IMG/VR virus record: IMGVR_UViG_3300027712_000018
DNA length: 64,000 nt
Reading direction: 5' to 3' (one strand)
Origin: a virus
This document shows, piece by piece, positions 49,110 to 59,046 of the stretch. Under the pieces are notes generated by a model, which was not told the DNA's origin, searched no databases, and saw nothing but the letters and a program-made list of their open reading frames with translations. Position 1 is the stretch's first letter, and the number at the start of each line of letters is the position of its first letter. The translations under genes and the position numbers were made by a program.

Positions 49110-49958
49110 TTAAAATTCCGATAGGCTTTCCATTAGGTTTCTAAGTTTGTTGTTCATGAAATAGTTGACCAACTGTGATTTGTCTTTAGTATTCTTCTCT
49201 TCGAACTTCTCAATCACTTGAGCCTTGATAGACTCAGGTACATAGTTTAGATCAATGAGCATTTGATTACGCTTGAAGTTACGTAAGATCTGTTCATTGG
49301 TGATAGTGCCACTCAGTTCAGTTAAACGTTTCTGAGTGATAGGCTTTTGACGTTCGCCGATAACCAAGCAGTTGTCGGGTGATAGAACGTTTGGCACGCC
49401 GTCTCCAGCGTCACCCTTGATAATATGTTCAAGGAGATACTGCTCAGGGTCAGAGTGTTTGATCCAACGTTTGCGAATCGGATCAAACTGGTCAATGTTG
49501 GCATATTTATGCAACTGGATATAGTCCTTGTCCGACGACAGAATCAGGATCTTTTCACCAGAGTTCAGGATAGTTCCTTTGAGGTGGCCGATAGTACCAA
49601 TGATATCGTCTGCTTCGGCAGTCTCAATCTGAATCACTTTGTAGGGAAAGAATGTCTTGATTTCTTCTCGAACCCTATTCAAGGATACGAAGATAGCATT
49701 CCAATCAAGTTCAGACTCTTCACGATTCTTCTTACGTGAAGCTTTGTAGTACGGGAATGTTGTACGGCGCCAATAGTTCTTGTCATCAGCGCAGATGATC
49801 ATCTCACCGTAGTCATTCCCAAACTTTACTTTGTAGGCTCGAAGTGCGTTAAGGATCATATGACGAATCATGTTCTCGTCAATTACGGCGTTTTGGTGAT
49901 TTCCTAAGTTTGCCATCAGGTTGGAAATCATAACCTGATTTAGGTCTACAAGTATCAT
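49110..49958 (-). CDS. rnh: T4-type RNase H (5'-3' exonuclease)
   Basis: MILVDLNQ, RHMILN, WRR..FPYYKA.RK, EADD.I, SSDKD..QL, GD.GDGVPN. Confidence 0.95.
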   Translation of the reverse strand: MILVDLNQVMISNLMANLGNHQNAVIDENMIRHMILNALRAYKVKFGNDYGEMIICADDKNYWRRTTFPYYKASRKKNREESELDWNAIFVSLNRVREEIKTFFPYKVIQIETAEADDIIGTIGHLKGTILNSGEKILILSSDKDYIQLHKYANIDQFDPIRKRWIKHSDPEQYLLEHIIKGDAGDGVPNVLSPDNCLVIGERQKPITQKRLTELSGTITNEQILRNFKRNQMLIDLNYVPESIKAQVIEKFEEKNTKDKSQLVNYFMNNKLRNLMESLSEF

Positions 49959-50011
49959 GTTAACTCCAAATTAATCGTATACTAGTAATTATATACCATT
50001 TTGGCCCCATG

Positions 50012-50350
50012 TCAATACATTTCGTCACTTTCCATGATTTCTCTGAACTTTATTAAGTGGTCTTCGTAGTCAATGTCGATCAAAGTATCAGCCAGTTGTT
50101 GAGCGTCACACTTGATACCCGCTACCCGTGTAATCAACGCTTTCAAAACGTCAATCAAAAGGAAGATCTCTCCCATAGATTTAGGATCTTTCTCAAGAGG
50201 AATCTCCATGTCATCTAAGACCCATCCAATATCGGATGCAATAGCGATGGCAAACTGAAGTGCTTTCTCTTCAGAATCAATCGTCATATCGTCGTCTTCA
50301 GCTTCTTTTTCACGCTTTTCTTTCGCCGCAGCAAAGTCGATTACAGTCAT
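50012..50350 (-). CDS. hypothetical protein
   Basis: N-terminal VIDF motif; acidic. Confidence 0.6.
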   Translation of the reverse strand: MTVIDFAAAKEKREKEAEDDDMTIDSEEKALQFAIAIASDIGWVLDDMEIPLEKDPKSMGEIFLLIDVLKALITRVAGIKCDAQQLADTLIDIDYEDHLIKFREIMESDEMY

Positions 50351-51501
50351 TTGTATGCCTTTAGGATAATGGTTTCGGTATTAATGCGACCCGTGAAGGC
50401 CGAAGGTTTTGTTTTGATATCGTTGTAGAACTTCGAAGCTTTGGCCTTGGTCAAGGACATCAGAGCCTTAAGTGTCTCGTCTGGCTTTCGAATCATCTTC
50501 TTCGAAGTGTTCTCAATGTCGATACCCTGCAGTGTAGTACCCTTCAAGGCGAAGCCTGATGCACTTTGACTGATCGCCCGTGACAGCGTTCGATACTTCA
50601 CGTTGAAGAGATACAGTTCACTTGCACCAACGATCAAGGTAGGATCAATGCTGGTGATTTGGTATTCGTCACTCTGCTTCAGATATTGGATCTTCGAAGT
50701 CTGCTGCGTTGCCGACTTGGGTTTGGTCACTCGTGTCTTACGAACCGCCTTCTTGGAATTCATATACTTCTGAGCGTCATCAACGATGGCGACGATCAAC
50801 TTGAGATACTCACGCTTCTTAGCCAGTGTTAGATTGGCATAGGCTTCGACCAGATCAGGCGTCTTCTTCTGTAGAAGTTCCTCGAGCTCTTCCTTGATAC
50901 GGGTGTAATAGTCAAACACCCCCTTGGCAGTGTTCGAAGGGGCGTCAATCTTCTTGAGTTCGTTGTAGACTGAGTAACTATCAGAGTCAACCCAAACACC
51001 CCTGTAGAAGTCATCTAGGACGCCCTCCACGTTGGCTATGAAGTCTGAGGTACGTTGCTTGATGATATCGGCAGGATTCTGCCGTGTTGGTTCGAAGGCT
51101 ACGACCTTGTTCTTGCTTGCCTTACCATATGCAATCGCTTCGTTGACTTTGTTTTTGATCCAATCAATTCGTTTGGCATCAAAAGGTGCGCCGTTCATAT
51201 GCATCTTACACAGACTTGCCGCAGTCATACTTGTACGCCAAGTCTCAGCGGCCTGATAGTTGATCAAGTCTTCCTTGGTCATATTCTTCTTGATCCAAGC
51301 TTCGACCCACTTTACGCCGTCTTTCAGGTCATAGAAATAGTTGTAGTGTCGCAGTGTGTCATACACTGCCGACTCTACATCTCGAACCCCAACCCAATTG
51401 ATTGTCTCTAGGCCAACGTGTCGTTCCTCGGCCGTAATAGACTTACGGCCGAGGTTAATGGTAGGCTTTTTCTTTACTGCGATAGTCTTAGATAATACCA
51501 T
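50347..51501 (-). CDS. conserved T4-like hypothetical protein
   Basis: SIDP..IVGA.EL..FN.KYR, KGTTL, RKP, GRIN..TIILK. Confidence 0.75.
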   Translation of the reverse strand: MVLSKTIAVKKKPTINLGRKSITAEERHVGLETINWVGVRDVESAVYDTLRHYNYFYDLKDGVKWVEAWIKKNMTKEDLINYQAAETWRTSMTAASLCKMHMNGAPFDAKRIDWIKNKVNEAIAYGKASKNKVVAFEPTRQNPADIIKQRTSDFIANVEGVLDDFYRGVWVDSDSYSVYNELKKIDAPSNTAKGVFDYYTRIKEELEELLQKKTPDLVEAYANLTLAKKREYLKLIVAIVDDAQKYMNSKKAVRKTRVTKPKSATQQTSKIQYLKQSDEYQITSIDPTLIVGASELYLFNVKYRTLSRAISQSASGFALKGTTLQGIDIENTSKKMIRKPDETLKALMSLTKAKASKFYNDIKTKPSAFTGRINTETIILKAYK

Positions 51502-51532
51502 GAATTTCTCCTTAGAAGACCACCCTACACTA

Positions 51533-52486
51533 TCAAATCAAGGATGTCAAGAGTTGATCCCACTCTTTTGCTCTTTTGTACCAATTAAATTTGTTATCAA
51601 AAAAGTATTTCTGATGGTCTAGGTACTTCTGATGTTCACCAGTGTTGGCCATGACGTTCTGAATCGCTCGTTCAAGGTAGGCAGCGAATCGGTTGGCATG
51701 GACCTCGACGTTCTCATCCCACTGATACATGTTAGCCCAACCTTGTGCAGTGTCAACCATACCACCGTAGTTAGGACATACGACGATGTTCTTGGCAGAC
51801 ATAGCTTCGATAGATGCCAAGGAGTTACACTCTTGCCAGATTGATGGATAGGCATAGATGTGGCTCTCTCGAAGTGCCTCACGAATCACTTCGTTAGGTT
51901 TCGACCCATGGTAGGTGATTTGAGGATGGTTCTTGCACTTGTCAAACAACTTCTGGTATGACGCATCACGATCACCCCAACCATAGATGTTGAAACTTGA
52001 GAACACGTCTAGATGAATGTTGGAGTATCGCTTGGCCAAGTGTTCGAACACTGGTACAAGGATCTCTAGACCTCTGTGAGGGGTGGTGTGGTAGATGATC
52101 TTGACTACCCCGTCATAGGTCTTGGTGACCTCTGGAATCGGTTCTATCGCATTGTACATGACCGTATAGTCAGAGAACGGAATACCCATGTATCCCTGAA
52201 ACTGTTGAGCCTGCCAGTTACCCACAAAGACGATCTTATCAAAACGTTTTCTTTGTGCAACATCGGCGAGGTGTTGTAGTTCAGGATCTCCGGGAAGATC
52301 ATGCACGATAAGCACTTTTTTCTTATCAAAACGAAGATCCCTCACCCTAGAATGAATGATCTGAAACTTTGAAAGTACGGCGGGGTCACAGTCCCGTAGC
52401 ATCCTTTCTGCCATAAGCTCAGTGCCACCTCGAGCCTTTTGAGTGATATCCTCAGTTACGATTTTGCCGTCTACAATCTGAACCAT
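51533..52486 (-). CDS. glycosyltransferase (GT-B, family 4-like)
   Basis: GGTE, HDL, TPHRGL, YPS.WQE.....IEAMSA. Confidence 0.88.
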   Translation of the reverse strand: MVQIVDGKIVTEDITQKARGGTELMAERMLRDCDPAVLSKFQIIHSRVRDLRFDKKKVLIVHDLPGDPELQHLADVAQRKRFDKIVFVGNWQAQQFQGYMGIPFSDYTVMYNAIEPIPEVTKTYDGVVKIIYHTTPHRGLEILVPVFEHLAKRYSNIHLDVFSSFNIYGWGDRDASYQKLFDKCKNHPQITYHGSKPNEVIREALRESHIYAYPSIWQECNSLASIEAMSAKNIVVCPNYGGMVDTAQGWANMYQWDENVEVHANRFAAYLERAIQNVMANTGEHQKYLDHQKYFFDNKFNWYKRAKEWDQLLTSLI

Positions 52487-52752
52487 TAGTGGATCACTCT
52501 AATACCGTTTACGGTAAGTACAGAATCCCAACGGAACGAACGCCATCCTTGATTGACCAAATCGTATACTGCCAAGACTTCGTCATTCGGCTTCTTCTTT
52601 TGGACAGACTCCTCAAGATCCACCTGAGCAGGGAGTTTGTCTGCTCGAAGAGTACAAGTCATGATGCGGTTTGTACCATCTTTCTTGATGAATTCAACAT
52701 CAACAGACTCAGTATGCAGAAGGCTCAGAATATCAGATTTTTCCATTACCAT
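52486..52752 (-). CDS. SH3/Sm-like WYL_2 (DUF2693) protein
   Basis: F.KKDGT.R.M.CT; V.D....WRSFR. Confidence 0.8.
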   Translation of the reverse strand: MVMEKSDILSLLHTESVDVEFIKKDGTNRIMTCTLRADKLPAQVDLEESVQKKKPNDEVLAVYDLVNQGWRSFRWDSVLTVNGIRVIH

Positions 52753-52987
52753 AATCTCCTAGTGTGTTTTCAATTTCAGCAGCGAAGTCGGTGTAACCAC
52801 CGATATAACGATCATCCCACCAGATTTGTGGTAGGGTTTTAGTGTCGGGTTTGATAGCCATCAGTTCAAAGATGTATTCAACATTCTCTTCCGTATTGAG
52901 ATACTTATACGGCAAGTTGCGACTCTCCACCAGTTCTTTAGCCAAAGCACACCACTTGCAATTGTTCTTTGCATAGATGGTGATCAT
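52733..52987 (-). CDS. glutaredoxin
   Basis: CKWC, TLPQI, IGGY. Confidence 0.92.
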   Translation of the reverse strand: MITIYAKNNCKWCALAKELVESRNLPYKYLNTEENVEYIFELMAIKPDTKTLPQIWWDDRYIGGYTDFAAEIENTLGDYGNGKI

Positions 52988-53247
52988 GCTTCGACCTCTT
53001 TCTGACCCTTGTTCATATTCTTCATACGAATAAGATATTCTTTACCATTGACCTTAGTCTTGGTGTTAGGATGCACCTTGCCATCTTTGCCAACGTTAGG
53101 CAACGACAGAACGATGTTACGGCCCTTACGCAGAGCCGCCAATTGGTTCAGCAACTTCTGACCTTGGTCATTGACCTTGGTGCTGATGGAACTGATACGT
53201 TCCCCCTTCGAAGTAGCGTGCTTGCCTGAACCTTTACCCTTAGCCAT
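52984..53247 (-). CDS. basic hypothetical protein
   Basis: MAKGKGSGKH..SKGER; Lys-rich. Confidence 0.55.
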   Translation of the reverse strand: MAKGKGSGKHATSKGERISSISTKVNDQGQKLLNQLAALRKGRNIVLSLPNVGKDGKVHPNTKTKVNGKEYLIRMKNMNKGQKEVEA

Positions 53248-53880
53248 CTTTACTTTCCTTCTCCAATGGCCATTCCCACGGTTTTCGTGATGGCCCACTC
53301 ATTTCAATTTGTCGTTTCATCTGACCCATATAGTCAACGATGTTTTCTGCAAGAACTGATGCTGTTAGTCCTACATATTTGTCCATACTACATTCAGTCA
53401 GTAACTTTGTCAACTCTTTTTTGACATTTTTGTATTCAGCCATATGACCGCTCCGGTCCCGTTGTTCGTTCTGTTCGATCGTAAACCTGTGACCAATCAC
53501 ACCCATAAGCAGGGCAGATATGTAGACGCTCAGGCAGACCATTATCATCTTTGACACCACCTTCACCACAGATGAAGTAGTGGCCACTCTTATCAGGATA
53601 TGATGTTTTGAGATACATCTCAACTTTCTCAAGAAGTTTGAGTTTCTTCTCCAACTTTTCGATGCAGTCGGCGGCGCAATCTGTCAGGTCAGTTTCTTCG
53701 GCAAGCAGCCGTTCGATCAGATCGTCACTCATTTGCGCCCCGCAGACGCAGCCATGCCGAGAGCCATCCAACCCACTATAGCACTAGCAGGCTCGTTAAG
53801 ATACCAAGCAATAAAGTTTAACATTACAAAAGCGATAGTGAGACCCACCAAACTTTCGATAAGATGTTTTAGATATTTCA

Positions 53881-54324
53881 TTAGAAGTCCTCCGTTCCCT
53901 GATATACATCGGCGACAAATACGCCATTCTCCCGCCACATCTTCACAACACGGGGGCGGTCATCAAACACAATATCAGGCTTCTTACCAAATCGAGCAAC
54001 GATCTGATCCAGCAGTTCTTTCTTGATGATGTCGTCTGACCGATAGTCATTGTCTTTACGCATGTAAAGTTTTTCAAACTTGATGTCGTGTTCGTACAGC
54101 CAATCTTCGGTCAACTTACGAGTGTCATCACCACGGCCAGAACACAGGATCACAGTGTGACCAGCAAACGCCATTGTACGGGCAATGTTTGCGATCTGAT
54201 CAATCGGCTTGTCGTTGACCATCTCCGATTTGAACATGGCCCAGTTCTTTGGCTTCTCCCGCCAGTAATGGACACGGTGACTGATATCAGCCAGCGTTCC
54301 ATCAATATCAAAACAGATCAGCAT
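53881..54324 (-). CDS. HAD phosphatase (3'-phosphatase domain of polynucleotide kinase-like)
   Basis: FDIDGTL, SGR, LYMR..D.R.D..IK, FDDR..VV.MWR. Confidence 0.88.
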   Translation of the reverse strand: MLICFDIDGTLADISHRVHYWREKPKNWAMFKSEMVNDKPIDQIANIARTMAFAGHTVILCSGRGDDTRKLTEDWLYEHDIKFEKLYMRKDNDYRSDDIIKKELLDQIVARFGKKPDIVFDDRPRVVKMWRENGVFVADVYQGTEDF

Positions 54325-55249
54325 TCTTCTTCCTCTAGTGTGTTATTAGCGAACTTGAGCAGAGCATCGGCCAGTTCCAAGGCTTCTTGCTTGCTGACAG
54401 TGATGTATCCTTCTTCATATGAATGAAGGCCCATGAACTCACGAATGGTTACTTGAAGACAGACGCCACGATCATCCCCACCCCAGAAGCGGGTCAATAG
54501 GTGTCGTGAGGTTCCTTTCATGTCAGTACTCATTTCCATACCCTCGCTGTAATGTTGTATCCCTTGTACCGTGACTCCAACACAATATCGTATCCTTGAA
54601 GTTCTGTCAAGTGCTTTTTCAGGTGTCGCTCAAACGCTTTGAAGCTACGGCAAGGAGCGTGAGTAGAACCACCGTCTGGCAAGTCAAGAGTAGAAGTCAC
54701 CCAACGACGAGTTTTGTAGCACCACCACAATGGTGGTTGATCGTCTTTTAGAGCAAACGCAGTGATACCCATGAACCGACTATTCAGGATACGTTGACCA
54801 AGGGGAGCATCCCAACCAAACATCATTTTCATATCACACCACCGCCCTATCGACAATCTTATAAGAACGTTCTTCCTCATACATCTCCATGTAAGCGTCC
54901 ATCACCTCTTCGGCAAGCTCGTAGGAAGTATAGACCCCCACGACATGGATATCTTCAGTCTTGAAGAAGTTCAAGGACTTCTCAAGCAGGACATACACAG
55001 TTTCCATCTTACACCTCCACAGCGATTATAGTTTCTTCTGCCTGCTCATAGTAGTCGGGAGCCATAGTGGCAGTGTTTTGGTCGTTGTACCACTTGATAC
55101 GAGCTTTAGCGGATTGCAGTGTATCAAAGTCTTCGGTCCAATACTCACGACCCCAACCACGTTCAGAAGATAGGCAGTTGATGCGGAACTTGACTGTCAT
55201 AGCGATCTCCTTTGTCTACACTTACAATATAAACGTTCTGCCGAGGATG

Positions 55250-55723
55250 TCAAGCCACAAAATGAAAAAAGTCAAACAAAAGGACCACACGATCCTCTGA
55301 CCCACGGTTCCATGCAGAATGGATCGAAGTGTCGTCAAATACGAAAGCCTTACCTTGAGTCCACGAAATATCGTGACCATCTATCTTTATACCACAATTT
55401 TCATTTGTAATCAAACCAAGATGTCCTCGAAGCACCTCACTAGTATACCCAACATGGGGGTGTATCTCACATTGGGGTTTCATGATCGAAAACCCGTAGG
55501 TGTGAATTCCTGATATACTATCACATAACTTTGACGTGATGGGCGCAAGTTTCTTGTTTTCTAGGTCTTGGCCTTGAAACTTCAACCCGATAACATACCA
55601 AAGATCGTTGTGTATAGACTCGAACCACTTAACTTGTAGTTTTGCCAAGGTGTGATACTCTGAAAGAATGTCTTGCCAAGAGTCCTCAAGATCTTTTAGA
55701 AACGGAAACTCAGAAGTAGACAT
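55250..55723 (-). CDS. aspartyl/asparaginyl beta-hydroxylase (AspH/LpxO-like) 2OG-Fe(II) oxygenase
   Basis: FS.M.P...I.PH.G, LR.HLGL, FDD...H.AWN...DRVVL; start placed at MSTSEF. Confidence 0.85.
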   Translation of the reverse strand: MSTSEFPFLKDLEDSWQDILSEYHTLAKLQVKWFESIHNDLWYVIGLKFQGQDLENKKLAPITSKLCDSISGIHTYGFSIMKPQCEIHPHVGYTSEVLRGHLGLITNENCGIKIDGHDISWTQGKAFVFDDTSIHSAWNRGSEDRVVLLFDFFHFVA

Positions 55724-56357
55724 AGTTAACATCTTGTGTGTTGTTGTAGTAGTAGTGGCATTGAAGAGTGATTCGTTGTTCGTCAGGCAACAACAAAGAA
55801 TCGCCGATCTTATGTTCCAAGTCACCTTTCCACTGATGGAAAGCACTCAGTTCATACTCCAACCTTTTCTCCTGACCTTTCTCTAGATATTGCAGGCCTG
55901 CACCAGAGCTAGGCATTTCGATAGGTATTAACACAGAGTATACCGTGTTCGTAGACACCACACTCTCACGGTCGTATGTTGTGATGCTACCGTCAACATG
56001 GAAGTAGTCTATCTTATAGTCACCCGCCACATCGCCAATATGAAACCCAGGCATGGTCAGCGTGGGGTGTAGTTGAGTCGGCCGACCAGTTATGTCCGAT
56101 ACCTTGGTGCAGATCCGTTGATACAACCAATCGAAGTTTTCGATCAGGGTTTGCTTAACGGCGATGTTGATACTATCAGACGGAAGCTCGGATGCTTCCA
56201 TAAGATACAAAGCATTCCCAAGAGTCTGAAAATAGATCGTTCCATGTGAAGTGTTGTTTGAGTAGAAGTCCCAAAGGTCTCGAAGTGCGAGAACCCTTTG
56301 CTTCACATCAAGTCGTTCTTGTTCAGTTATAAAGTTCTTTTCTATATAAAATGTCAT
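55710..56357 (-). CDS. putative 2OG-Fe(II) oxygenase
   Basis: PGFHI, HxD (HVD), GAGL, distal H (HKI) and RITLQ.H. Confidence 0.65.
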   Translation of the reverse strand: MTFYIEKNFITEQERLDVKQRVLALRDLWDFYSNNTSHGTIYFQTLGNALYLMEASELPSDSINIAVKQTLIENFDWLYQRICTKVSDITGRPTQLHPTLTMPGFHIGDVAGDYKIDYFHVDGSITTYDRESVVSTNTVYSVLIPIEMPSSGAGLQYLEKGQEKRLEYELSAFHQWKGDLEHKIGDSLLLPDEQRITLQCHYYYNNTQDVNYVYF

Positions 56358-56376
56358 ACAATTTCCTTTCAAAACG

Positions 56377-56400
56377 AAAAAGGCGGCCGAAGCCGCCTTT
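56377..56400 (-). terminator. rho-independent terminator (UUCG loop)
   Basis: AGGCGGC-TTCG-GCCGCCT-TTTT on minus. Confidence 0.85.
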
Positions 56401-56402
56401 CT

Positions 56403-56486
56403 TTACTGGATACCAGCAGGAACGTCAGTACACGCCACTAGAGTTCCCAAAGCCACGCCCATCAAGGCCGCAGGCCGAAGCTTCAT
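56403..56486 (-). CDS. 27-aa lipoprotein-signal ORF (mini-lipopeptide or truncated gene)
   Basis: Manual translation MKLRPAALMGVALGTLVAC-TDVPAGIQ*; ATGA overlap with the upstream gene; lipobox LVAC. Confidence 0.55.
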   Translation of the reverse strand: MKLRPAALMGVALGTLVACTDVPAGIQ

Positions 56487-56686
56487 TGGAATTTCCCCAA
56501 TTTTGTTTGCAGTTGTTTCAGTTCTTTTATAAACCAAATTCGTGTGAGAACTGGAAAGACCAAGACGCCCAACGATCCGATTACAACATAAATGTCATCA
56601 CGGGATGAGATAAGATGAGGAATCATAATACCCCACCAGCCCAAGGTGAGAACAGTAAAGCTAGCAATTCGCCAGTATAGTTTCAT
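56483..56686 (-). CDS. small two-TM membrane protein
   Basis: Two hydrophobic helices around LIS..DD. Confidence 0.6.
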   Translation of the reverse strand: MKLYWRIASFTVLTLGWWGIMIPHLISSRDDIYVVIGSLGVLVFPVLTRIWFIKELKQLQTKLGKFQ

Positions 56687-56846
56687 TCGAAATAGACTCC
56701 TTCTTCACGATATTTGTTATTCTCATATTGGCACAGCTGCCCCATCTTGCGGGCAGGACCATGGATACCGGGAGGATTTTCCAGATAGATTACTGAGTCT
56801 TGGGGATAGGACTTCAGTCGGTCCACCAACGCTTTAACAGTCATAG

Positions 56847-57071
56847 TCACTTTAAGTTCTCCATATGTTTGTTGGCTAGTTCTGCAATTTCGATAGATTT
56901 TTCACGGGATGGAATGAACACTGCACCAGGTTCGATTTTGATGCCAAGCATCATACAAACGATACGAGTGACATTCAAACTCCCTGAGAGTCTATCAGCG
57001 ATGAACCATGAGTAATGCTGACCCTCTTTTGGGTTATCACTCACACATCGGGCATAGTAACGGTCAGTCAT
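56847..57071 (-). CDS. hypothetical protein, paralogue of 59603..59824
   Basis: Shared RYYAR..SD, WF.AD...G.LNVT. Confidence 0.6.
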   Translation of the reverse strand: MTDRYYARCVSDNPKEGQHYSWFIADRLSGSLNVTRIVCMMLGIKIEPGAVFIPSREKSIEIAELANKHMENLK

Positions 57072-57695
57072 AGAACACCACGCCCAGCGATACGGTCATA
57101 CGCCTCGTCAATTGTAACACCATATGCCGCACAATACAACACAAATTTGATGCCGTAGGACGACATTGCTTGTGCCGTTTTGTCGTCCATATCAAAAGAC
57201 ATGGTGCATCCACCATCTTCGTGATCCACGACATTTGTTACAATAAATTCATCCTCTTTCATTTAATCCTCCAAACGGATTTTCCAAGGTTTAGAGGTAC
57301 GGAGTCAATACGGAAACCGTATTCCTCGTCACCCTCGTCAACGGTGTCAATATAATTGTCGGCGTCACCGTGATTGTCAAATGCCGCAACAGCATTGACA
57401 AATTGCGTTTTTCGGTATAACCGCATTACCACATAGATCATATCATTTCAACCCCGCATACAGTTTCTCTAGGCGAGCTTTCTCAGCCTTCACCATCTCA
57501 TGGGGATAGAAGTCTTCTCGAACAAAGTGGTCGTACCAGATACGATCTTCGTCACGGTCAGTCTCTTCCATGTAACCGACTAGCTCACCGTTGTGGTAAA
57601 GTTCACCGCCGCTATGGTCAGTGAACCCGTGTTCTTTCTGAACCATCCACAGTTGGTAACCAGTGACAAGAAGGAATTTGTGCATAGTGTTCTCC

Positions 57696-57983
57696 TTAAG
57701 CCGCCGACAACATGCCAGCGGGGACTTTGTAAGTGGTGGTGCCGAACATACCCTTGTTAGGCGCCGCAACCAAGACGGTTTTCTGGTTCACCTTTTTGAT
57801 GACACCAGTGACGGGGCCAGTACGACCCTTGAACGTCACTTTGTCGCCTTCGGCGAACTGACGGATGTTCTTACGTGACAGATAAGTCATCTGCGACTTG
57901 ATCGCTTCAATGACAAGGTTAACTTCGTCTTGGGTCATCAAGAGACGAATGTTATCGACAACGGTATTCACAAGAGCAGTCAT
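57696..57983 (-). CDS. SH3-like hypothetical protein
   Basis: F..GDKVTF, G.I.KVNQKTV; first gene after a promoter cassette. Confidence 0.6.
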   Translation of the reverse strand: MTALVNTVVDNIRLLMTQDEVNLVIEAIKSQMTYLSRKNIRQFAEGDKVTFKGRTGPVTGVIKKVNQKTVLVAAPNKGMFGTTTYKVPAGMLSAA

Positions 57984-58036
57984 ATCGTTTCCTTTTGCTT
58001 CCTACATGTATAATATAGTGCTTCTGATCAGGAATG

Positions 58037-58297
58037 TCAAGAGGAAATATTGATTTTCCCCAAGATTTTCGTTTCCCCAACAAAAGTGACTTCGCTTTCA
58101 GTTTCGATCCACACCTTGGCCCCGCAACTGAGGGGTTTGTCAGGACTGTAGACGACCCTAGAGGGGCCAGCAATTTCTACCTCATGACAGTAGGTGTTAC
58201 TCTTAGACCCCTGCTTCACTGTAAGGCACGGTTCTCGCTCCCCGGTCTTACTGTTACGCTTCACGACATGCTGGTTAACGTGGATTATGGTCTTCAT
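58037..58297 (-). CDS. conserved phage hypothetical protein
   Basis: IHVNQH, YSPDKPLSCGAKVWIET. Confidence 0.75.
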   Translation of the reverse strand: MKTIIHVNQHVVKRNSKTGEREPCLTVKQGSKSNTYCHEVEIAGPSRVVYSPDKPLSCGAKVWIETESEVTFVGETKILGKINISS

Positions 58298-58633
58298 CTA
58301 AGCCACGCAGAAGTTGCCAGGATCATAGTACACTATGCTCTCAAACCCATCATACTCACTGATCAGAAAAAGCGAGCCCTGCTTCACCCAAGCAGTTTCG
58401 ATCTGATCCCACCCGCCGGTGCCGATATACTGGTCGGCACCGAAGATGGTTGCTAGAAACGCCTCCACTTCATCCTGAGTAGCCTCGGCCTTAGCCGCTT
58501 CGACAAGACGCCGGTCAAACAGAAGGAACTCGGCGACCCCAGGTTCATGCGCCCAAGAAGACCACCCAGCGCCATAGCCGGGGGAGTAGAGGATCGCCAC
58601 GTTGCCGTCCTTGATTAGTTTTTCAGGTTTCAT
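58298..58633 (-). CDS. conserved phage hypothetical protein
   Basis: VAILYSPGYGAGWSSW, F.I.EYDG.E. Confidence 0.75.
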   Translation of the reverse strand: MKPEKLIKDGNVAILYSPGYGAGWSSWAHEPGVAEFLLFDRRLVEAAKAEATQDEVEAFLATIFGADQYIGTGGWDQIETAWVKQGSLFLISEYDGFESIVYYDPGNFCVA

Positions 58634-59043
58634 TCTTGAACATCCTCGTAGTCGGTTCCAGTGGTTACTATAAGATCAGGCACATCTTTTCCAGTAAAGT
58701 ATTCGTGCTGTTGAACTACGTATTTGCGTAGTCGTTCGATTTCTCTGTTTGCTTCGATCAATTCAGCGAGCCCCGAATTGGTGCCTTGTATAGCCGAACG
58801 ATCTTCCCAGCCCTTGTCACTGAAATCTGGAACCGCCTTTAGTCGCTCATCCGGCCATTCACGCTTCCAGTATCCGAATCGCCCCTTCACATCACCCCGA
58901 CCTTCATTGTGCTGGCGGAATCGTTCATCCAACACTTCATCTAAAGTGACTTGCGGGATCGCCATAACCTCCCGCTCTATTTGGGTCACCGTCATACCAA
59001 GGCGGATAGCCTTTAATACCGCTTTTCTATCAATTAGATCCAT
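58630..59043 (-). CDS. hypothetical protein, paralogue of the adjacent gene
   Basis: MDLIDRK.V...IR.G...IE...MA.P.V.LDEVLD. Confidence 0.6.
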   Translation of the reverse strand: MDLIDRKAVLKAIRLGMTVTQIEREVMAIPQVTLDEVLDERFRQHNEGRGDVKGRFGYWKREWPDERLKAVPDFSDKGWEDRSAIQGTNSGLAELIEANREIERLRKYVVQQHEYFTGKDVPDLIVTTGTDYEDVQE

Positions 59044-59046
59044 TTC

